Assembly (NCBI GenBank): GCA_050015075.1
Contig: JBEKCB010000007.1
Span: 109,747 to 173,746 of the forward strand
Direction: 5' to 3'
Origin: Candidatus Brocadiia bacterium
GTDB lineage: Bacteria > Planctomycetota > Brocadiia > CAIUPP01
DNA: 64,000 nt
The notes under the pieces were generated by a model, which worked only from the letters and a program-made list of their open reading frames with translations, was not told the DNA's origin and made no database searches. This document shows positions 56,053-64,000 of the stretch, one piece after another. The position numbers and the translations under genes were made by a program. How positions within the stretch are numbered: the stretch's first letter is position 1; the number at the start of each line of letters is the position of its first letter.

Positions 56053-58181
56053 GGATCGCCATACTTTCGCCGCCGCTGGGGTCACTCACTCAAGCGCCTT
56101 TGAGTCTGCCGAGCCTGACGGCTTTTCTTCGTGAATCAGGACATCAGGTGGCTCAGCACGACTTGGGTATCAAGTGCATTGACCTGATGCTCACGCCCGA
56201 TTACCTTGACAAGTTGCGCGCGCGCATCAACGCCCGGGCCTCTCACCGGCGTACTCCCCGCGGATTGTCGCCTAAGGATAAGACGCGATGGCGGATAGCG
56301 GTCACCTCGGCCCTGGCCGCGGGTGATTGGACGATCGCCCATATTGAAGAGGCCAAGCGCGTCATGCGCTCTCCGGAGCGTTTTTACCGCAGGGATGAGT
56401 ATGTAGGCGCGAAGAATGCCATTCGGAACGCCCTGCAAATTGTGACGGCGGCATATTTCCCTCTGGAATTAATCTTCAACGAAATCCGATACCCGTTTGT
56501 CGCCTCATTAGATGCAATCCTGGATATGGCGCCTGACAGGAGTCCTTTTACTGAGCCGATGCGGTCGGCCGTGGCCGCAACTCTGCCCCAGCTGCCGCCT
56601 TTAGTCGGCATTTCAATCACGTTCTACGACCAACTGGTCGCCGGGTTTCAACTGGCCGGAATGATCAAGAGGAGGAAGCCGGAAACACACGTCGTGTTAG
56701 GTGGGGCGGCCGTCGCCGCTTCAGAGGAAGCGATACGACGGCACGCGCGGGCGTTCGAGCGCGTGGACAGTTATGTCTTTGGTGAAGGCGAAGCCGGTCT
56801 GCTTGCGTTGGCGACGCTCCTGGAAGAACGCGAGCCGCGCGTCGCGATGCCGGGGAATGTGTACATTTCGCCTGAACTGCCTGCGAGCCGGTACGAGTCC
56901 GGCGACAAGGACCACTGTCAACGAATGAACGGCGACACGTTTCCAACTCCCGACTACACCGGGCTGAATGTTCAGGACTACCTGACGCCTGAGCCCATGT
57001 TCTCATTGTCGAACGCGCGGGGATGTTATTGGCGCAAGTGCGCATTCTGTAATGTCTCCCTGAGCTTCATGCGGGAGTTCCGGCAACGGAGCATGAAACG
57101 TGTTCAACAGGATATAGCGACACTTGTTTCCCGGCACAAAGCTAAGTGGATTTTCTTTGCCGATGATTGCGTGCCGCCTTCACGTTGCCGGGAACTGGCC
57201 GATTACTTAAGAGGGAAGAAACGCCCCGTTTATTGGGTCACGGAATGCCGTTTCGAGAAAGCGTTTTCGCCGAGGCTGCTGCGTTCGATGTATCGGGGCG
57301 GTTGCCGGCAGCTCACGTTCGGAAACGAGTCGGCGAACCAGCGCGTGCTCGACCGCATGCGGAAGGGAACCCGGGCTCCATGGAACAGAAAACTCATCCG
57401 GGCCGCGGCCAGAGCCGGCATCGCGGTGCATCTCCAGAACTTTTTGGGATTTCCCGGCGAGCGCGCGAGCGAAGCTCGAGAGACGGTGGCACTGCTTCTG
57501 GATGAACGCAAGCATATCGCTTCCACGGCGCTGGGATGCTTCCACGTCACGGCCGATTCTCCGGTCCATCGCTTTCCTTCGCAATTCGGTGTGACGAAGC
57601 TCAGGAGAGTCCAGAAAGAAGGCCTGGTGCCGGCGTTCGCTTTCTCATGCCGTACCGGAATGGGGCCGGAACACGTGAAGGAGATGTGGAACAATGCCGA
57701 GGCCGCGCTGAGGCGCGCTTACCCGCACTGGGATGCTTTTCTCGACGGGGTGTTAGGTTTGCACGCCGTTTTGTATATGGCGCGATTCCAGTGCAACAAG
57801 TTCGACGACATCTTCGGTGTGAGGCGAATGCCGCGGAATATCCTTTCGCTCTACCCGCGGGCGCATCCGGGCGTGGTGTGCAGTTTTTCCGCCGGCCGGA
57901 AACCGATGTGCGCGGTCTTCAGCACGCGCACCGGCGGCTGCATGCTCGTTCAGGGAGCATTGGCCGCCGTGTTGAAGGTGGCGGACGGCTCGCACAGCGT
58001 CGCTTCCCTGCTCGGGGCCGCGGCGTCCGTCAAATCGTTGAGAGGGAATCGAACTCGCATCGAGTGTGGCACGACGGTCGTCCTGGGGCTCATGGATTTG
58101 TACCGGAGCGGGTTGATTGACTTGAAGGCCGGCGCTTTTGAAACGCATGAAGCGAGGCCGCAGAAAGGAGGCGGAACTTAG
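56049..58181 (+). CDS. B12-dependent radical SAM enzyme with C-terminal RRE/PqqD-like domain
   Basis: VGISITF, VVLGG, GEGE, RGCYWRKCAFC, FADD, FGNES, GFPGE; C-terminal AVFSTRTG...VADGSHSVASLL...LYRSGLI. Confidence 0.88.
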   Translation: MRIAILSPPLGSLTQAPLSLPSLTAFLRESGHQVAQHDLGIKCIDLMLTPDYLDKLRARINARASHRRTPRGLSPKDKTRWRIAVTSALAAGDWTIAHIEEAKRVMRSPERFYRRDEYVGAKNAIRNALQIVTAAYFPLELIFNEIRYPFVASLDAILDMAPDRSPFTEPMRSAVAATLPQLPPLVGISITFYDQLVAGFQLAGMIKRRKPETHVVLGGAAVAASEEAIRRHARAFERVDSYVFGEGEAGLLALATLLEEREPRVAMPGNVYISPELPASRYESGDKDHCQRMNGDTFPTPDYTGLNVQDYLTPEPMFSLSNARGCYWRKCAFCNVSLSFMREFRQRSMKRVQQDIATLVSRHKAKWIFFADDCVPPSRCRELADYLRGKKRPVYWVTECRFEKAFSPRLLRSMYRGGCRQLTFGNESANQRVLDRMRKGTRAPWNRKLIRAAARAGIAVHLQNFLGFPGERASEARETVALLLDERKHIASTALGCFHVTADSPVHRFPSQFGVTKLRRVQKEGLVPAFAFSCRTGMGPEHVKEMWNNAEAALRRAYPHWDAFLDGVLGLHAVLYMARFQCNKFDDIFGVRRMPRNILSLYPRAHPGVVCSFSAGRKPMCAVFSTRTGGCMLVQGALAAVLKVADGSHSVASLLGAAASVKSLRGNRTRIECGTTVVLGLMDLYRSGLIDLKAGAFETHEARPQKGGGT

Positions 58182-58258
58182 GGGAAACGGCAATCGCACC
58201 GTGCGCAATTCTGTGGTCAGTGTTCCTGCAATCAATGCTTTTGTGAAAGGATCGCACG

Positions 58259-58438
58259 ATGGCCGAAACGATGATCATCGCCATCATCAAGGGGAAGAAG
58301 CTGAGCGCGAAAGAGCAGGCCGCCGTCCGCAAGAGAGTCCAGAAGGCGTTGGCCGGCACGTCTGAGGTGGCCGGGCAGGACGGCGAAACCTGCGTGGGCG
58401 TCAGTGTCGCGCCCGTGACGGTTTCTTATTGCAAGTGA
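58259..58438 (+). CDS. Candidate RiPP precursor peptide C (59 aa, missing from the ORF track)
   Basis: AAGGA RBS. MAETMIIAIIKGKKLSAKEQAAVRKRVQKALAGTSEVAGQ-DGETCVGVSVAPVTVSYCK. Confidence 0.7.
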   Translation: MAETMIIAIIKGKKLSAKEQAAVRKRVQKALAGTSEVAGQDGETCVGVSVAPVTVSYCK

Positions 58439-58458
58439 GCCAATTCGCGAGCCGATGT

Positions 58459-58512
58459 CATGGCGGCTGGGATGGAAGGCGCCGATAAGGCGACCGAAGT
58501 CCAGCCGCCGTG
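58459..58512 (+). terminator. Stem-loop closing the peptide/rSAM cassette
   Basis: CATGGCGGCTGG...CCAGCCGCCGTG. No clear U-tract. Confidence 0.35.
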
Positions 58513-58624
58513 CAGGCTAAACGATTTGTACGACCGGCGGCTGAAACTTACAATATTCGCCGCGCGGGATTCGCAAATCCGGGGCGCGCAGCGGGGAAAC
58601 TTAGGTCCTAATTAGAGAGCGGAA

Positions 58625-61600
58625 ATGGAGACGCAGTTCCATCGCGAGTACCTGTTGCGTCTTCCGCTGCCGGTGGCGCAATTGTATAGTCGGGCGTACA
58701 ACGCCAAGGACGCGCGAAGCCGGCACGATAACTGCTACTACCTGTTCGAAGTGCTCATCAAGCTCTCCGCGTGCCCGTTGACGGCGTGTTATGTGCAGGA
58801 AATACGCCGCGGCGGGCAGCGCGTCGCCAAGCTGGATCAGCTTCTTCTGCAACTGGCGTTTCCGTCGCTGGGGCAGTGGATGGCGATCCTGCGGGAGACC
58901 GCGCGGCATTACGGCTCGCTGCCGGATGCGGCGTCGCATCCGCTGGGGCAGATGTGGGGCCAGTTGAACCGTCCGCAGCATGATCCTTCCGCCCTCGCCG
59001 CGCTCTACCGCCGGATCAAGAACGGGCCGGACGGCCAGCCCGCGGGCGACAAGAGTTGCACGATCCTCCAATTGTTCGAGGCGCTGGTGCAGTACCGCAA
59101 TGGCGTGGTCGGGCACGGAGCGGGGCGCTTCGAATCGTTTTACGCCAATGACATGGGGCCGCTGCTCTTCCCGGCGGTGAATGAGATACTGGCGGAAGGA
59201 GTATTCTCGCCTCTGGGTCCGGCCGGGGCGCGGCTGGCGTACCTGACGGAGTTGCGCGCGGTGTCGGAGGACCGGTTCGAGCTGGGCATGCGGGAGCTGA
59301 CCGGCGCGCAGGGCGAGCGGATGGCGTCGCTGGCGCTGGAGGCGGGCGAGGCGGCGGGGCTGGCGCCGAACCGCGCGGCGGTGCTGTGGCCGGGATTGCG
59401 CGCGCCGCTGCGGCTGGACCCGCTGATGATCTTTCGGGAGAGCGAGGTCGCCGACGAAGTGCTGCTGCTCAACGGTGAGCGCGGCGGCCGGCAGGTGGAG
59501 TACCTGAGCTACACGACGGGTCGGACGGAGCGGACGAAGGACACGGCCGCGGAGCTGGCGGCCCTGCTCTCCATCCTGGCCGGCAAGGAGGTCACGGAGT
59601 CGAAGCTCCAGCAGTTGGCGGAGTTGAGCCGCGCCGCGGTCCCTTCCGTCGAGGCGCTGACGGAGCCGGCCGCGCCGGTGCGGCGGCAGTTGGGCGACTA
59701 CGAGATCCTGGCGGAGATCGGCCGGGGCGGAATGGGCGTGGTGTATCTCGCGCGCCAGTTGTCGCTCGGCCGCCTGGTGGCGTTGAAGACGCTTCCGGCC
59801 GACCTGGCGGGAGACGAGGTGGCGCTGGCGCGGTTCCGGCGGGAGATGCGCGCGCTGTCCCGGTGCGATCATCCGAACATCGTCAAGCTCCTCGACAGCG
59901 GCGTATTCGCGGACGGCCAGGTTTACTACACGATGGAGTACGTCGCAGGCTGCGACCTGGACCAGGTGTGGCACGAACTGTCTCGGTCGGGGTTGGCGCG
60001 GGAGTCGTCGAAGCTGGGGAACAGCACGTTTGCGCGAGCGGTGATCTCGGCGAGCGGGCGGCGGCGCAAGGAAGTGGAATCGCGCTGCGCGGCCTCCGGC
60101 GCGGGCGAGCCGAGACCCGCCGCGGACCAGGAGCCGCCTGCGGTGCCGAAGCTGCCGCTGCCGCCGTTGCCTCCTCTGCCGGAAGTGAGCGAGGACTCGG
60201 GCGGCTACGTGCGAAAGGTGGTGGCGCTGATCCGGGACGCGGCGCTGGCGCTACAGGCGGTGCATGACCAGGGCATCGTGCACCGCGATATCAGCCCGGC
60301 GAACCTGATGCTGACGCCGGACGGATCGCGCGTGGTGTTGATGGACTTCGGGCTGGTGAAGGGGCAGAACCTGTCGCGCTCGCTGACGGAAAAGGGCGGG
60401 TTCGTCGGCAAGCTCCGCTACGCCGCGCCGGAGCAACTGGCCGCGGCCATGCTGAAGGTGGGTCCTCAGGCGGACGTCCGAGGGCTGGGCGTGACGCTCT
60501 GGGAACTGCTGACGCGCCACCGGCTCTTCGAGGAGGCGCACGACGAACGGCAGTTGACGACGCTGGTGCATGAGAAGGACGTGCCGCGCCTTCGGCAGAT
60601 GGATTCGAACTTCGACCGGGACCTGGAGGCGATCGTCGCGCGGGCCACGGAACGGAACGCCGGCGACCGCATCGAGTCGGCCGGGCGGCTGGCGGAATAT
60701 TTGCAGCTTTACCTGGACGGGAAGCCGCTCCCGATCCGCACGCCGACGCTGCGGGAGATGGCCTGGCGCTGGAGCCGGGCGCATAAGCCGCTTGTGGGCG
60801 CGGCGGCGGTGGTGCTGGTCATAGCCGCGGCGGGCCTGGTCTGGTGGTGGCGCTTGCCCGGGACGCTGAGCCTGGACGTGTCGCCCGCCGACGCGCAGAT
60901 AGAAATCGCCGGCCGGACCATCCAGCCGGGTGAAATGCCTCTCCAGATGAAGCTCCCGGCGGGCGTTTACCAGGTGCGCATCCGCAAAGACGGCTTTGCG
61001 GACGAACAGCGCGAAGTCGCCGTGCTGCGCGGCGGTTTCAAGTCACTGCCGCGTGTGTCGCTCATACCTTATCGGGGCACGCTGGGCGTGCAGGCGTGGC
61101 CGCCGGGCACTACGATCGAATTCAACGGCGTGGACTACGCGGCGCCCATCAAGGAGCTTTCCGTTGACACGGGCGTCTACGACCTGCGCGCCCGGGCGGA
61201 CGAATGCTTTGACGCGCTTCACACGGTCCGGATCAATCGCGATCAGCGGACCGAGGACCGGTTCTCGCTCGAACGCGGCTTCCGGTGGAAAGAGCCCTAC
61301 ACCTCGCCGGCCATTCAGAGCGGGGTAGTGATCGTTCCCGGCCCGAAGCCCGGCGACCTCGCAGCTATCGTGCATAACGAAATCGGCCAGATCGTTTTCC
61401 TGTCCGCGGCCAGTGGAGAGCTCGTGGAGAGCATCCCGACGCCGGCCGGCAACATGCGGACATTCACGCAGCTCGACCTGGGCGGAGATGTCGGCAAGGT
61501 GATCGTATCGGGCTTCGAGGACGAGACGGCCGGGCCCAGCGTGCTCGCGATTGGGGCCCATTGGCCGGCAAAAACGCTGTGGGAGTGGCAGGGACCTGCC

Positions 61601-63742
61601 GTTCATTTCGGTCAGGCTCAAAGTCTGGCGATTATCGCAGTGCCCCGTCCGGGCGACGTCGCGCAGGTCGCCGTCGCCGGGCGCGACGGCCGCGTTCGCC
61701 TGCTCGACGGGCGCACCGGGACACAGCGTCAGGAACTCGTCTTGTCCGACGCGGCGCTGGATCTCCCGCCCATGCTGGCAGCGTGGACGGCCGGCGGCGA
61801 AACCTGCCTGGCAGGACTTTATCGGCTCGCGAACCCGAACGAACCGGGGACCGGCCACGGCAAATTGATCGGTGTTGTGATAAAGCCGGCGACAGGGGAC
61901 GTTCTGTGGCGCTGGGAACTGGGCGCCGGCCAGAACGCCTTCTTCGCCGATCTCGACCGCAAGGGCATCCCTCGGATCCTGCTGTGGAACGACAGGGCCT
62001 GGCAGGCGATTGACGCGACTACCGGCGCCGCGCAGGCCGGCGGCACGCTGAGCGGTCCGCTCGTCGGCGGGCCCGGCTTGGCCGATGCCGAAGGCCGCGG
62101 CGCTGACGACCTGATTTTCCAATTCGTTGATCCCTCGCAACCGATGCTCGCCGTGCGCCCGGACGATGGCGCCGTCATCTGGCAGGGGCCCTCCGGCCTG
62201 TATGCCAATCAGCCCCGAGGCGAAGGAGGCGCGCTCCTCCGCACCGCCGACGGCGCGCTGCTGGTTGCGCTCGACCAGGCGCTAGCCGCCGTGGATGCCC
62301 GGAGCGGAAAGGTGCTCTGGCAGGCGGAAGACAGGCCGAGCGGTGTGCTGGTGGACGATGCGCGGGAGAACATTTACGTCACCGTGCTGGACAAGGGCCT
62401 GGTCTGTCTGGATTCATCCGGCAAGACCCGCTGGACGCTGCGGCTGCGGCAGGACGTGACTCCGTGGGCGCTCGTTCCAAGCCAGGACGAGGCGGGAACC
62501 TATGACGTTCTCCTCCACCGCCACGCGGGCCTGATTACGCTGGTGCACGGGCCGCGGCTGCTCTGGGAGGCGGAAGCGACCGCCCCGCTTCAGGCCGCGC
62601 CGCTGGTGGCGACGGGTGATGACGGCAAGCCGGTCGTCATTCAGCTCGGCCCCTGGGGCGACGACGTGAACATGCGTTGGCTCGACGGCGCCTGCGGCAT
62701 CACACGCTGGTCGGATCGGGAATGGTTCTCGCCCAATCGCCCGCCGACCCTGGCGAAGATGGATGCGGACGGCGTGGCCTGCGTGGTTGCCTTCGGGCAT
62801 CCGCCGGCTTCCGACGGCATCTATCTGGTCATTCACCGCGCCTCCGACGGGAAGGTGATCCGGTCGCTGCGCACGGACCTGACCGGCTGGATGTCCTGCG
62901 CGCCGGCCGTGGCCGACTTCCGCGGCGTCGGCGCCTGCGATGTCGCCGTGAGCTGCTGGGACGCCCGGCGGATCGCGATGATTGACGGGCGTTCAGGCGC
63001 CACTCTTTGGTATCAGCCGACGGAACAGCCGAACATGGGCGGCATAGCCGCGGGCGACCTCGGCGGCGGAGGGTCGGCCGACGTCGTCGCCACTTCCCTG
63101 GACGGGCACGTCTACGCGCTGCGGGGCAAAGACGGCAAGCTGATCTGGAAAACCACCGGCAACCGCTGCGCCAGTTGGTCGCCGCCGACGATCGCTGCGC
63201 TGGACGACCAGGGCGCGCCGCAGGTGCTGGTGACCACGGTGACGGGCCAGCTGTTCGTGCTGGACGGACGCGACGGCAAAGAGCTTTGGTCTCCCGACGT
63301 GGCCGGCGGCGGCAAAGTCGGCGGGCGCGCCGTGGTTGCGGCGGTGGATGGGCGGAGCGTCATCCTGGCGCCCATGGGCAGCGCCGGCGTGGTCGCCTTC
63401 GATTGGCCGAGTCGGAAGGAATTGTGGCGCTCGCCGGAAGGCCACCCCGTCATCACCGCGTCGGTCGTCGCCGACTTTGCCCGCGACGGGAAAAGACAAG
63501 TGGTCGTCGCTGCGGCGGACGGCGATGTCTTCGTCCTGGACCTGGTGACTGGCAACCCGCTTTGGCATATGAAGGTCGCCCAGGGCCTGATTGAAGCCGA
63601 TCCCGTCGTCGCTGACCTCGATGGCGGCGGCGTTGACGACATCCTCATCGCCAGCCACGATTCTCATCTGTACGCCATCAGCGGGAAGAAGATTCTTGAC
63701 GCGATGCACCGGCGGGCAGCGGTCAGCCGGCCCGTGAAATGA
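58625..63742 (+). CDS. Large Ser/Thr kinase with N-terminal unknown domain, TM helix, PEGA domains and PQQ/FG-GAP-like beta-propellers
   Basis: GRGGMGVVY, VALK, HRDISPAN, DFG, YAAPE, TM helix, GVYQVRIRKDGF, repeated G-x-x-x-W and DLDGGGVDDI blades. Confidence 0.88.
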   Translation: METQFHREYLLRLPLPVAQLYSRAYNAKDARSRHDNCYYLFEVLIKLSACPLTACYVQEIRRGGQRVAKLDQLLLQLAFPSLGQWMAILRETARHYGSLPDAASHPLGQMWGQLNRPQHDPSALAALYRRIKNGPDGQPAGDKSCTILQLFEALVQYRNGVVGHGAGRFESFYANDMGPLLFPAVNEILAEGVFSPLGPAGARLAYLTELRAVSEDRFELGMRELTGAQGERMASLALEAGEAAGLAPNRAAVLWPGLRAPLRLDPLMIFRESEVADEVLLLNGERGGRQVEYLSYTTGRTERTKDTAAELAALLSILAGKEVTESKLQQLAELSRAAVPSVEALTEPAAPVRRQLGDYEILAEIGRGGMGVVYLARQLSLGRLVALKTLPADLAGDEVALARFRREMRALSRCDHPNIVKLLDSGVFADGQVYYTMEYVAGCDLDQVWHELSRSGLARESSKLGNSTFARAVISASGRRRKEVESRCAASGAGEPRPAADQEPPAVPKLPLPPLPPLPEVSEDSGGYVRKVVALIRDAALALQAVHDQGIVHRDISPANLMLTPDGSRVVLMDFGLVKGQNLSRSLTEKGGFVGKLRYAAPEQLAAAMLKVGPQADVRGLGVTLWELLTRHRLFEEAHDERQLTTLVHEKDVPRLRQMDSNFDRDLEAIVARATERNAGDRIESAGRLAEYLQLYLDGKPLPIRTPTLREMAWRWSRAHKPLVGAAAVVLVIAAAGLVWWWRLPGTLSLDVSPADAQIEIAGRTIQPGEMPLQMKLPAGVYQVRIRKDGFADEQREVAVLRGGFKSLPRVSLIPYRGTLGVQAWPPGTTIEFNGVDYAAPIKELSVDTGVYDLRARADECFDALHTVRINRDQRTEDRFSLERGFRWKEPYTSPAIQSGVVIVPGPKPGDLAAIVHNEIGQIVFLSAASGELVESIPTPAGNMRTFTQLDLGGDVGKVIVSGFEDETAGPSVLAIGAHWPAKTLWEWQGPAVHFGQAQSLAIIAVPRPGDVAQVAVAGRDGRVRLLDGRTGTQRQELVLSDAALDLPPMLAAWTAGGETCLAGLYRLANPNEPGTGHGKLIGVVIKPATGDVLWRWELGAGQNAFFADLDRKGIPRILLWNDRAWQAIDATTGAAQAGGTLSGPLVGGPGLADAEGRGADDLIFQFVDPSQPMLAVRPDDGAVIWQGPSGLYANQPRGEGGALLRTADGALLVALDQALAAVDARSGKVLWQAEDRPSGVLVDDARENIYVTVLDKGLVCLDSSGKTRWTLRLRQDVTPWALVPSQDEAGTYDVLLHRHAGLITLVHGPRLLWEAEATAPLQAAPLVATGDDGKPVVIQLGPWGDDVNMRWLDGACGITRWSDREWFSPNRPPTLAKMDADGVACVVAFGHPPASDGIYLVIHRASDGKVIRSLRTDLTGWMSCAPAVADFRGVGACDVAVSCWDARRIAMIDGRSGATLWYQPTEQPNMGGIAAGDLGGGGSADVVATSLDGHVYALRGKDGKLIWKTTGNRCASWSPPTIAALDDQGAPQVLVTTVTGQLFVLDGRDGKELWSPDVAGGGKVGGRAVVAAVDGRSVILAPMGSAGVVAFDWPSRKELWRSPEGHPVITASVVADFARDGKRQVVVAAADGDVFVLDLVTGNPLWHMKVAQGLIEADPVVADLDGGGVDDILIASHDSHLYAISGKKILDAMHRRAAVSRPVK

Positions 63743-63828
63743 ATGCTCCAACGGACTCCCACTTGACTGCGCCGCCGCGCGACAAGAGAATTCACCCATA
63801 AAGCCATTTCGTTCTGGAGGAGCGGTTT

Positions 63829-64000
63829 TTGAGCGCGAACCGTTACGATGAGCTGTTGGGGGAAGCCGCGGGAGCCGAACCGTTCGTCCGCCGTTCCCTG
63901 GCGTACCTGGAATCAGACTTCCGCGCCGTGGCGCTGCTGGCGCTGTCGGACTGGGAGCGTGCGGAGATCGTGTCGAGCGAGCTGTTCAGCGCGCTCGGAG
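63829..64000 (+). CDS. Start of a hypothetical protein (truncated by the window edge)
   Basis: GGAGGAG RBS, TTG start, frame open to the end of the window. Confidence 0.45.
   Translation, partial: MSANRYDELLGEAAGAEPFVRRSLAYLESDFRAVALLALSDWERAEIVSSELFSALG

Noticed and set aside
1-64000. CRISPR array or cas genes
   Set aside because: No regularly spaced direct repeats with unique spacers were seen; the repeats found are inverted/REP-like.

Overview
High-GC bacterial chromosomal segment. The gene content (prepilin-type 'CxxNLxQI' protein, SGNH-TPR proteins, many Ser/Thr kinases, corrinoid protein) suggests an anaerobic Planctomycetota-like organism; this is inference only. Left half: a kdpFABC-(vapBC)-kdpDE potassium uptake locus, an MFS transporter, a standalone PIN protein, tRNA-Leu(UAG), a membrane protein/TolB-like pair, a carbamoyltransferase-SxtJ-like-small protein triad behind two tandem SGNH-TPR paralogs, a TPR-kinase, a PocR-GAF-SpoIIE phosphatase with a corrinoid protein, and an Aas-like enzyme. 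Middle: a probable selenoprotein split by an in-frame UGA (U-N-C motif), a dehydrogenase, a kinase, tRNA-Leu(UAA) and a GH42 enzyme. The right third is the most interesting. (i) A B12-radical SAM gene is paired with a protein that has an NHLP-like leader, a lipobox and three GxRPD repeats. (ii) A divergent operon encodes a class III cyclase, FHA-trypsin protease, split-NBD ABC exporter, cNMP-binding protein, GAF protein and S8 protease. (iii) That operon runs directly into a candidate novel RiPP cassette: two SPASM radical SAMs and one B12 radical SAM with a C-terminal RRE-like domain, interleaved with four small peptides sharing an (E/Q)-V-x-G-Q motif; two of them carry the core W-L-x-C-Q-A-W-x-N-C-S. 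A giant kinase with beta-propellers follows. All family assignments come from motif recognition by eye; no database searches were run.
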